The translations under genes were made by a program, and so were the position numbers. This document shows, piece after piece, positions 19,295 to 27,624 of a stretch of 64,000 bases of DNA (its first letter is position 1; each line of letters starts with the position of its first letter). The notes under the pieces were generated by a model, which was not told where the DNA came from, searched no databases, and worked only from the letters and a program-made list of their open reading frames with translations. Origin of the DNA: Candidatus Jidaibacter sp. (GTDB lineage Bacteria; Pseudomonadota; Alphaproteobacteria; Rickettsiales; Midichloriaceae); contig JAJTIA010000025.1 in the NCBI GenBank assembly GCA_021299995.1, positions 1,294 through 65,293 on the forward strand. The letters are read 5' to 3'.

Positions 19295-21679
19295 ATGCAG
19301 AACAATTATAATCATTTTGAAGTAGAGCAAAAAAGACAGGATTTATGGGCAAAATCCAAGGTTTATGAATGGAATCAGGATGAGCCTCGTGATCATAATT
19401 TCGTTATCGATACCCCACCTCCAACAGTCTCTGGCTTGCTTCATATGGGTCATATTTTTAGCTATACCCAGACAGATTTTATTGCACGCTTTATGAGAAT
19501 GATCGGCAAAAACGTTTTTTATCCTATAGGTTTCGACGATAACGGGCTTGCAACAGAGAGACTTGTTGAGAAGCTGCGCGATATCAAAGCGGGGCAAATG
19601 CATCGAGATGAGTTCAAAAAAATATGCAATGAGGTTGTTTCAGATGCTGAGGAAGAATTTAGAGCACTGTTCAGGTCCATAGCACTAAGTGTCGACTGGA
19701 GGCAAGAATACAGAACTGTGAGCAACGATACCACGCGTATTTCGCAGATGTCTTTCTTAGATCTAGTAAAAAAAGGATATGCAGAGAGGCGCCTAGGTCC
19801 AACATTTTGGGATCCTGTTGATAGAACAGCGATTGCGCAAGCAGAAATAGAAGATAAAGAAAAAGCAGGCATTATGAACGATATCATCTTCAAATGCGAA
19901 GATGGATCTGAGCTTAAGATTGCAACAACAAGGCCAGAGCTGATACCTGCATGTATTGCTATGTTCTATCATCCTGATGATGCACGCTACACAGGGCTAT
20001 CTGGAAAAAATGCGATCACACCTATTTATGGCAAAAAAATCCCCATACTTCCTGATGAAGATGTGGATATGGAAAAAGGCACGGGACTTGTGATGTGCTG
20101 CACATTCGGTGATATCCAAGACGTTACATGGTGGAACAGACATAAGCTTCAGGCAATTCAATCTATAGACATAGATGGCAAGATGACGAATGCAGGTCAT
20201 TTAGATGGATTATATGTAAAAGAAGCGCGTGCAAAAATCATCGAACAGTTAAAGCAACAAGAGTTGCTCACGGCACAAACTGAGATTAAACAAATGGTGA
20301 AATGCGCAGAAAGATCAGGTGCACCTCTTGAGATTATCCCAACATACCAGTGGTACATCAAGATACTAGACAAAAAAGAAGAGCTGCTTGCCAAGGGAAG
20401 GCAGTGCGCTTGGCACCCAGATTATATGAGGGTTAGATTTGAAAACTGGGTAATTGGGTTAAACCAAGACTGGTGTATTTCAAGGCAAAGATATTTCGGC
20501 GTTCCATTCCCTGTTTGGTATTCAAAACGCCCAGGAGAAGAAGGTAAAGTGCTTTTTGCAGATACTGCAGACCTACCTTTAGATCCTACCTTAGTTGCAC
20601 CACGTGGATACTCTATTGATGAAGTTACAGCAGAGACTGATGTTATGGACACATGGGCTACAAGCTCTCTTACGCCTCAAATCAATGCGCATGGCATATC
20701 GCCAGATTTTGCTGTTGACGAGGATAGATTTAAAAAGCTATACCCTGCAGACTTACGCCCTCAGGCGCATGAAATCATTAGGACATGGGCATTTTATACA
20801 ATTACTAAGTCTTTATTGCATAACAACTCTATTCCTTGGAAATCTTTGATGATAAGCGGTTGGTGCTTAGCTGCTGACAAAACTAAGATGAGTAAATCTA
20901 AAGGCAACGTTGTGACTCCAAAAGCGCTAATTATAGAAAAGGGTGCTGATATAGTAAGATATTGGGCTTCCCACTCTAAGCTTGGTGTAGATATTGCATA
21001 CTCTGAAGAGCTATTTAAAATTGGTAATAAGCTAATAAACAAGATCTGGAATGCATCGAAATTTATCTCTATACATTTTGGTGAGATAGAAGGGGCGCCC
21101 TCTACTGCAGCCGCAGATGTAAAATCTGGCATAGTCAATGCTGACTTGGATTTATGGATCTTATCTGCACTTGGGAAGGTTCTAGATTCTGCAACAAAGA
21201 GCTTTCATGAATATGAATACTGTGATGCACGAGTTACTATAGAGAATTTCTTCTGGAACGATTTATGTGACAACTATCTGGAGCTTATTAAGGTGCGTGT
21301 ATATGATACAAGCCTTGAGAATAAAGCGCTTAGACAAAGTGCTATATACACATTGCACCATGTGTTTAAAACACTGTACAAGCTTTTTGCACCGTTCATT
21401 CCTCATGTTGTAGATGAGTTAAACTCTAACCTTTTCGGCGAAGAAAATGTTCATGCACGTGGATCGTGGCCAAAACTTGAGGATTGTTATATGGATGAAA
21501 AGCAACTCGCAACTGGTGAGGCTGTAAAAGTTGCTCTAGAAGCCGTGAGAAAGCATAAGTCGCTTAATCAACTTTCTCTTCGTGCTGAGCTTGAAACATT
21601 CGAATACGATGTGTCTAACATCAGAGAGTCAGCTTTGCAAGATCTGATGAATGCTGCAAACGTGAAGAAATTTGTTTGA
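19295..21679 (+). CDS. valS: valine--tRNA ligase, archaeal-type (794 aa, too short to carry the C-terminal coiled coil of typical bacterial ValRS)
   Basis: PPPTVSGLLHMGH (HIGH region), GFDDNGLATE and KMSKSKGN (KMSKS). Length and motif variants resemble the ValRS type reported for Rickettsia. Confidence 0.88.
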   Translation: MQNNYNHFEVEQKRQDLWAKSKVYEWNQDEPRDHNFVIDTPPPTVSGLLHMGHIFSYTQTDFIARFMRMIGKNVFYPIGFDDNGLATERLVEKLRDIKAGQMHRDEFKKICNEVVSDAEEEFRALFRSIALSVDWRQEYRTVSNDTTRISQMSFLDLVKKGYAERRLGPTFWDPVDRTAIAQAEIEDKEKAGIMNDIIFKCEDGSELKIATTRPELIPACIAMFYHPDDARYTGLSGKNAITPIYGKKIPILPDEDVDMEKGTGLVMCCTFGDIQDVTWWNRHKLQAIQSIDIDGKMTNAGHLDGLYVKEARAKIIEQLKQQELLTAQTEIKQMVKCAERSGAPLEIIPTYQWYIKILDKKEELLAKGRQCAWHPDYMRVRFENWVIGLNQDWCISRQRYFGVPFPVWYSKRPGEEGKVLFADTADLPLDPTLVAPRGYSIDEVTAETDVMDTWATSSLTPQINAHGISPDFAVDEDRFKKLYPADLRPQAHEIIRTWAFYTITKSLLHNNSIPWKSLMISGWCLAADKTKMSKSKGNVVTPKALIIEKGADIVRYWASHSKLGVDIAYSEELFKIGNKLINKIWNASKFISIHFGEIEGAPSTAAADVKSGIVNADLDLWILSALGKVLDSATKSFHEYEYCDARVTIENFFWNDLCDNYLELIKVRVYDTSLENKALRQSAIYTLHHVFKTLYKLFAPFIPHVVDELNSNLFGEENVHARGSWPKLEDCYMDEKQLATGEAVKVALEAVRKHKSLNQLSLRAELETFEYDVSNIRESALQDLMNAANVKKFV

Positions 21680-21696
21680 ATATGGTAATTTATAAA

Positions 21697-21721
21697 AACA
21701 GAGAAGCATAGATTCTCTGTT
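21697..21721. terminator. perfect 9-bp hairpin between convergent valS and the 469-aa ORF
   Basis: AACAGAGAA-gcataga-TTCTCTGTT. The flanking A-run on the + strand gives a U-tract for the minus-strand transcript. Confidence 0.55.
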
Positions 21722-21753
21722 CTTGTAATAATGTGACTTTTTGTATGATTTTT

Positions 21754-23163
21754 TTATATAAAGCGTCCATCACCTTCTGGTGAAGCATCATCTCTTTCCA
21801 ATTTTTTCAAAAATTTATCCCACTTTTTTTCTTTTAATTGTTCTTTCTTACTGCCCTGCATTAATGACTTATCATCTAAAGTGATATTTTCTTGTATATG
21901 CTGTACTTCTTCAGGCTGTATGTCATTGTTAAGCGAATTCTGTTTTAGTTGGCCAACTACTTCTGGTACAATTCTATCTGCAATCCTAGATGCTATCTTC
22001 TCTGCAGCAACTTCATCTTGCTCCCTACCTTGTAACCAAGCCTTAATTGGTATTATTACATTAATTTCCATAAAATACAGAAACTGACCTTGTAATTTTT
22101 CCATATCTTGTTTATCTAGATTCATACTCGCAATTGAATTTTTTAGTAATTTTGTTGTATTACCCAAATCAGCATTATAATCATTTCCTAAATCTCGTAT
22201 TATCGCATTTTTAAAATCACTCATAATACTCTCGAGTTCGTTACACCCACGTATAGCATTCTTGAACTCTTGAATAGATTCAATATTATTACCCAATATT
22301 CTAAATACAGATCTTAACTGATCCCTTGATAGATCTTTGTAGAATGTAGATGCAACAGCTATAAGCTTATTATAGCCAACACCAGCAGATTTTTGAAGCA
22401 CCTTATCCATATTTATTTGCTTAATAGACATCATATTTTTAATAGCTTTGAAATCATTGGTCTCTATATAAGAAACTACTAGTTCTTCTATAATCTTATC
22501 CGGTTCATCGGAGTATATTTCAATTTCTTGAACATTTGAAACATTTGCCTTCAAAGCGCTAATCACACCTGGAACAACAGCATCTGCTAATCTTGAAAGA
22601 ATCTTTTCAGCTGCCACTTCATCTACTTTTTTACCTTGTAACCATGCTTTAACTGGAATCAAAACTTTTATTTCAAAAAAGTTTAAGAATACTCCCTGAA
22701 ACCCCATTATGCTTTGTATATCAACTTTCATTTTGAGAATTGCATTTTTTAAAACTTCCGATGTATCGCTGAAATTAGAATTATAGTCAAACCCAAGCTC
22801 TTGTATTATAGATCCTCTGAATTGATCCATCAACTTTTCCAAATCATCTACATCTTTTATTTGAGCATTGAATTCTGTAACTGCATTGATATTAGCTAAT
22901 AATCGAGATACATACTCTAACTTATCTTTAGACATGCGCTTACGGAACGTAGAAGCTAAAGCAGCGAGCTTACCTCCACCCAGTGCAACCCATACTTTGT
23001 TTATAAGCGTTTCAATATCTATCTGACCGCTAGACAGCATAGAGTTAATAGCTTTAAAATCATTTCTTTCTACGTATGATACAGCTAAATCTGCTATCCT
23101 CTTGTCTTCTCGAGTAATCATAAAAAACTCAATATCAATTGTCATTAAATGATATGGTCGCAC
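21754..23163 (-). CDS. lineage-specific protein made of two diverged ~185-aa tandem repeats
   Basis: Residues ~23-205 and ~223-405 align along their whole length. Example: VSYVERNDFKAINSM / VSYIETNDFKAIKNM, and IPVKAWLQGKKVDEVAAEKILSRLADAVVP / IPIKAWLQGREQDEVAAEKIASRIADRIVP. Confidence 0.6.
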   Translation of the reverse strand: MRPYHLMTIDIEFFMITREDKRIADLAVSYVERNDFKAINSMLSSGQIDIETLINKVWVALGGGKLAALASTFRKRMSKDKLEYVSRLLANINAVTEFNAQIKDVDDLEKLMDQFRGSIIQELGFDYNSNFSDTSEVLKNAILKMKVDIQSIMGFQGVFLNFFEIKVLIPVKAWLQGKKVDEVAAEKILSRLADAVVPGVISALKANVSNVQEIEIYSDEPDKIIEELVVSYIETNDFKAIKNMMSIKQINMDKVLQKSAGVGYNKLIAVASTFYKDLSRDQLRSVFRILGNNIESIQEFKNAIRGCNELESIMSDFKNAIIRDLGNDYNADLGNTTKLLKNSIASMNLDKQDMEKLQGQFLYFMEINVIIPIKAWLQGREQDEVAAEKIASRIADRIVPEVVGQLKQNSLNNDIQPEEVQHIQENITLDDKSLMQGSKKEQLKEKKWDKFLKKLERDDASPEGDGRFI

Positions 23164-23193
23164 AAAATAATTAATAAATTATTAACGGTAAAA

Positions 23194-23979
23194 CTAGCAA
23201 ATCCAAGACTTTATTTTAAGCATATCCTGCCACATAAGCTTTTTCTTACCAGGTTGCCTTAGCAAATATGATGGATGGAAAATCACAAAAGTTTGTATTT
23301 TTTCATCTAAATACATATTTTCATAAAAATAATGGTTATTTCGCAAATCATGCATAGAAACATTGCTAGATAACAAAGACTCAACAGCAGTACTACCTAC
23401 CAAAACTATCAGCTTTGGCTTGATCAGCGCTATCTGCTTCTCAACAAAAGGTCGACAGATCTCTATCTCCTCAGCAGTGGGCCTTCTATTACCAGGAGGT
23501 CGCCAAAACACTGTGTTAGTGATGTAGGTATCCTCTCGCTTTAGACAAATGGAAGGCAAGATAATATTTAGCAACTTTCCGCTTTGGCCGCAGAATGGTA
23601 TTCCTTGCTCGTCCTCATTTGCACCTGGCGCCTCACCTATAAACATCACAGGGGATTTTGGATTACCATCTGCAAATACTGTGCGCTTTGCTGTGCGCTT
23701 CAGTGCACATCCATCAAACTCTTCTACAACTTTACGTAGCTCATCTAAAGATTTAGCCTTCTCTGCCAGCACCCTTGATGGAGAATTCGTAATTTTTTGC
23801 GATACAAAAATTGATTTTGCAGCATCTGAAACATTCGTAGTATGCTTTGCCTCTGGGAAAGAATACAGCTCATCTGAAGGCGTACCATTTGCAACATCCT
23901 GAGCTGCATTTTGTGCTTCAAAAAAAGTGTCATGACCCATTTCGTGAAAAAATCTTATATATTCTTTAAGAGAACTCAT
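23194..23979 (-). CDS. uracil-DNA glycosylase, family 4
   Basis: GEAPGANEDEQGIPFCGQSGKLL and HPSYLLRQP motifs. The Met at 23979 is preferred over the upstream Met at 24048. Confidence 0.85.
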   Translation of the reverse strand: MSSLKEYIRFFHEMGHDTFFEAQNAAQDVANGTPSDELYSFPEAKHTTNVSDAAKSIFVSQKITNSPSRVLAEKAKSLDELRKVVEEFDGCALKRTAKRTVFADGNPKSPVMFIGEAPGANEDEQGIPFCGQSGKLLNIILPSICLKREDTYITNTVFWRPPGNRRPTAEEIEICRPFVEKQIALIKPKLIVLVGSTAVESLLSSNVSMHDLRNNHYFYENMYLDEKIQTFVIFHPSYLLRQPGKKKLMWQDMLKIKSWIC

Positions 23980-24061
23980 GTAGTTTAATATAAATGCTAT
24001 TGACTTAATTGCTGGTAGATAGTATAAGTTCAGATCACAAAAAGACAAATAATATATTTTT

Positions 24062-24202
24062 ATGGCAACAAAAAGAACATATCAGCCTAGTAAATTGGTA
24101 AGAAAACGTAGACACGGATTCAGAGCTAGAATGGCAACTGAAGGCGGTAGAAAAGTGTTGTCTAACAGACGCGCTAAAGGCAGAAAAGTTTTGTGTGCTT
24201 AA
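24062..24202 (+). CDS. rpmH: 50S ribosomal protein L34
   Basis: Manually translated 46-aa [49 protein letters not shown], a canonical L34. It is below the ORF-track length cutoff. Confidence 0.95.
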   Translation: MATKRTYQPSKLVRKRRHGFRARMATEGGRKVLSNRRAKGRKVLCA

Positions 24203-24211
24203 AGTTGATTT

Positions 24212-24562
24212 GTGGTTAAGGTAAACACAGTCAAAAACGCAAAAGTTTTCTCTAACGTTTTAAAAAAAGGGTGCAAAGTAGTTTGCCCTTTTTTTGTTTT
24301 GTACTATTTAGAAAAAATAGAAATCTCTTCAGGATCCTCTTTAGGAGTGATTGCATCTAAAAAGATATTTAAAAAAGCCACATCACGAAATAAGGCTAAA
24401 CGTCTGCTTCGTGAAGTAGCTAGGACATCTCTTACCCGCGAAAATGTAGATATCGTAATGGTTGCACGTAATAAAATACTACATTCAGATTTTGCTCAAA
24501 TGCAGGATGAATTCTCAAAGTCATGTATAAGTGCGTCTAAAGATTGTACTTTAGATCTGTAG
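24212..24562 (+). CDS. rnpA: ribonuclease P protein component
   Basis: Lies immediately after rpmH. Basic 116-aa protein with the KKATSRNKAKRLLRE (RNR-like) motif. GTG start. Confidence 0.85.
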   Translation: MVKVNTVKNAKVFSNVLKKGCKVVCPFFVLYYLEKIEISSGSSLGVIASKKIFKKATSRNKAKRLLREVARTSLTRENVDIVMVARNKILHSDFAQMQDEFSKSCISASKDCTLDL

Positions 24563-24564
24563 CA

Positions 24565-25347
24565 TTACATACCAGCTTTATTAGAAAACGATAGCATATC
24601 TGTAAGATGCTCTTGATAGTATCCCAAAAACCATAACATACCTGACCCAATCGCAATAAAAAATACAAACAAGTGAGCCAGAATTTGAGCTGGTAGCATT
24701 ATGAAAAATACCTGCATTTGTGGCATAATCCTAGATAAAACTCCAAAAGCTATATTGATAGCTATCCCTACAACTATATATGGCGCTGCAAGCTGCACCC
24801 CGATATTAAATGCATCTGAACATGCTCTAAGCCCAGCTTCTATAAAACTACCAGAGTTGCTAAAAAATGAACCAATCGGGAATGCATCATAACTTTGGTT
24901 AATCACTTCTATAAGCTTTAAATGACCATCCGCTATCATAAACAATACTAAAAATGTCATGCTCAGTAGACTCCCAAAAATACTTCCCTGAGACCCTTGT
25001 GATGGATCAAAGATCATACCCATAGATAAACCTGATTGCAGAGAGAAGGTCATACCAAGCACGTGCATCGCTGAAAGAAGTGCTCTTACAATAACTCCGA
25101 AGCTTATGCCTATAAAAATTTCCTGAAAAATCAGCAAGAAAAACTGCAATGTGCTTTTAGGATATAGAGGAATATTATTAAATATGGTTAAGGCAACTAC
25201 ATAACTAAACATCACGCCAAACAACAATCTAATTCTTTGTGATATGTTCATCTCACCCACAGGAGGTAAAAAAATACAAAAAGTTCCTATCCTACAGAAA
25301 ATGATTAGAATAGAGTACATATATTGGTCTAAGAATGAGAATGTCAT
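24565..25347 (-). CDS. fliR: flagellar biosynthetic protein FliR (type III export gate)
   Basis: 260-aa polytopic protein with N-terminal FCRIGTFCIFLPPVGE and overall FliR/SctT topology. Confidence 0.8.
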   Translation of the reverse strand: MTFSFLDQYMYSILIIFCRIGTFCIFLPPVGEMNISQRIRLLFGVMFSYVVALTIFNNIPLYPKSTLQFFLLIFQEIFIGISFGVIVRALLSAMHVLGMTFSLQSGLSMGMIFDPSQGSQGSIFGSLLSMTFLVLFMIADGHLKLIEVINQSYDAFPIGSFFSNSGSFIEAGLRACSDAFNIGVQLAAPYIVVGIAINIAFGVLSRIMPQMQVFFIMLPAQILAHLFVFFIAIGSGMLWFLGYYQEHLTDMLSFSNKAGM

Positions 25348-26150
25348 TTCTGATTCATTTCCATCATTTTTTCTTTTGCTTTTATTAATCGCAATGTGCG
25401 GGCAAACGCATAAACAATAGACATCATAAAGCCTTCTGCTCCCAAAAATATCTGCTTATTACCTATGTAGCACTTAAAAAATGTCCAAAATGGCTCTACT
25501 GCTATACGTAATATACTAGCCTTTTTCCCTCGCGCTATCATGTCTTCTGCTTGTGCAGATGTGTAAAAATTTATCTTATCCACAGCATGTGTAAAAGAAC
25601 GGAAGCACCTATGTATTATTTTACCTTTTAATGCATCTACTAACCCTTCTTTTACAACCACAGAATCATGAACTGGGCTATCTTTAAAGCCCGCCTTTGT
25701 TTTGTTATAAAGCCTTATTACATCAACTTCAGGACCCGGTGTGTTAGGAGAAAACTCACTAAATCTAGGTTTAAACTTCACTGTTAGATAGTATGCTGAT
25801 TTCTTCAAGTATTTTTTGCTTTGAAATAAAGCTATTATGTTATCTTTAAGCTGTTCTGATATCTCCTCATCAGCATCTAAATTTAGTAACCATTCATTCT
25901 TGCATACAGACTCTCCAAACACTTTTTGAGGACCGTATCCTGTCCATTTATTATATATAACATCTGTAGCCCCACTTTTTTTTGCAACCTCTACTGTATT
26001 ATCTGTACTACCACTATCTATTAGTACTACTTCATCAACCCAGCTTTTTACGCTATTAATAGTGTAACTAATACGATCTTCTTCATTTTTTGATATAATA
26101 AAGACAGAAATAGGCAACTTGTTTAATAAATTTTTTCTGTTTTTTTTCAT
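25344..26150 (-). CDS. family 2 glycosyltransferase (KdtX/WaaE-like)
   Basis: ISVFIISKNEEDRI...LIDSGSTDNT...LNLDADE is a GT-A fold with the DxD motif. It overlaps the fliR start by 4 bp. Confidence 0.75.
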   Translation of the reverse strand: MKKNRKNLLNKLPISVFIISKNEEDRISYTINSVKSWVDEVVLIDSGSTDNTVEVAKKSGATDVIYNKWTGYGPQKVFGESVCKNEWLLNLDADEEISEQLKDNIIALFQSKKYLKKSAYYLTVKFKPRFSEFSPNTPGPEVDVIRLYNKTKAGFKDSPVHDSVVVKEGLVDALKGKIIHRCFRSFTHAVDKINFYTSAQAEDMIARGKKASILRIAVEPFWTFFKCYIGNKQIFLGAEGFMMSIVYAFARTLRLIKAKEKMMEMNQK

Positions 26151-26194
26151 TTTTTAGTGTATAGATTGCTTTAGACTAACAGGTATTTTGTATC

Positions 26195-26401
26195 ATGCTT
26201 TATTTAGTACGCAAGTTGAATGAATCCATTATCATAGATAATGATGTAGAAATTAAAGTGGTTGAGATAAAAAAGAACTCAGTGAAATTAGGGGTGACTT
26301 TTCCTAACACTACTACTGTCCTTAGGAAAGAAATTCATGAGCGCATAATGCAGGAAAATCTTCAAGCTATTAACTCTTTTAAAGATATTGAGTCAGAGTG
26401 A
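26195..26401 (+). CDS. csrA: carbon storage regulator CsrA
   Basis: MLYLVRKLNESIIIDNDVEIKVVEIKKNSVKLGVTFPNTTTVLRKEIHERIMQEN aligns along its length with canonical CsrA (ML.L.RK.NE.I.I....I.V......VKLG...P.......R.EI). Confidence 0.85.
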   Translation: MLYLVRKLNESIIIDNDVEIKVVEIKKNSVKLGVTFPNTTTVLRKEIHERIMQENLQAINSFKDIESE

Positions 26402-26693
26402 TAAGCATAAGATTCTCTAAAACTAGCTGTAACAATGTAATGTATAATATAGACACCTGTGAGGTCTCGTAGTGCAAGGAGTGTGGCAGGCACAGCAATT
26501 GTTTGCTGCAATATAGCAAAATAATTGCACAATGAGACATAGATTTAAAAAATTTTGTAGCAAATCTATCTATATGATCCATTGCAACATTCTCATTTCT
26601 GCTAATTATCACAAACCTGCATCACTACTCTCTTGAGACTCTTAGTTAATCTTTGTGCTTAGATAGATCTGTATAATATGGTTTTGGCTATAC

Positions 26694-27275
26694 CTAAGAG
26701 TATCTACGCTTTATACCTGATGCTGTTAGTAAATTGGCAGCTTCGTACATAGGGAGGCCTATCACATTAGTGTGCTCACCATTCATAGATTTGACAAATG
26801 ATCCAGCAATACCTTCAATAGTATAACCGCCTGCCATCCCTTCCCACTCATTGGAGTCAACAAAATAATTAATCTCTTCCTCTGTAAGGCGCTTGAAAGT
26901 CACAGTGGTCGCAGCTGTTTTTAGCATAACCTTAGCATCAAAAACAACACATACACTGGATATAACCTTATGCCTTCTACCAGAAAGCATCGTGATCATA
27001 TTGCGGGCATCATCTGGATCTTCTGGTTTTAAAATTATCTTTCTACCTGCTGTAACTAATGTGTCCCCTGAAAGCACAACGGCATCTGGGTTGCTTTCCG
27101 CAATTTTCATTGCTTTATCTCTCGTTACCCTTTTTGAATACTCTATGGGCAACTCTTTTGGATACACAGATTCGTCAACATCAGGCGATATTATCTCATC
27201 CACGCTAAACCCAGCAGCATTCAATAAGCTAATACGTCTCGGAGAGCTTGATGCTAGGATGAATTTCTTCATCAT
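26694..27275 (-). CDS. maf: Maf-like nucleoside triphosphate pyrophosphatase
   Basis: ILASSSPRR...SGDTLV...YTIEGIAGSFVKSMNGEHTNVIGLP are Maf family motifs. Confidence 0.88.
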   Translation of the reverse strand: MMKKFILASSSPRRISLLNAAGFSVDEIISPDVDESVYPKELPIEYSKRVTRDKAMKIAESNPDAVVLSGDTLVTAGRKIILKPEDPDDARNMITMLSGRRHKVISSVCVVFDAKVMLKTAATTVTFKRLTEEEINYFVDSNEWEGMAGGYTIEGIAGSFVKSMNGEHTNVIGLPMYEAANLLTASGIKRRYS

Positions 27276-27277
27276 GA

Positions 27278-27550
27278 TTATTCAACTGGAGTGTCTTGCT
27301 TAGGAGCTGTCTCAGTTTGCTGAGGATGACCCACTTTATGCCTATGTGTAACGCGACCTTTAGAAAGATCGTAAGGTGTCATTTCCACTGTTACATCATC
27401 ACCAACCAGGACTCTGATTCTATTCTTTCTCATTTTGCCAGATGTATAAGCAATGATCTGATGACCATTTTCTAACTCAATTCTAAAAGTTGCGTTAGGT
27501 AAAAGTTCTAGAACCTTACCTCTAAACTCTATTAATTCTTCTTTAGCCAT
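27278..27550 (-). CDS. infA: translation initiation factor IF-1 with a ~16-aa C-terminal extension
   Basis: [66 protein letters not shown] is canonical IF-1. It is followed by the extra tail [19 protein letters not shown]. Confidence 0.92.
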   Translation of the reverse strand: MAKEELIEFRGKVLELLPNATFRIELENGHQIIAYTSGKMRKNRIRVLVGDDVTVEMTPYDLSKGRVTHRHKVGHPQQTETAPKQDTPVE

Positions 27551-27624
27551 TAAATATTATTGCGACATTTCGATTATGAATACACATTTTACGTCAAAAA
27601 ACTTTTAATTCAATCATTAAAACA

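Noticed and set aside
26379-26612. 77-aa minus-strand ORF in the csrA-maf gap
   Set aside because: It overlaps the csrA 3' end, has an odd composition and has no RBS or homology cues. The region is treated as non-coding of unknown role.
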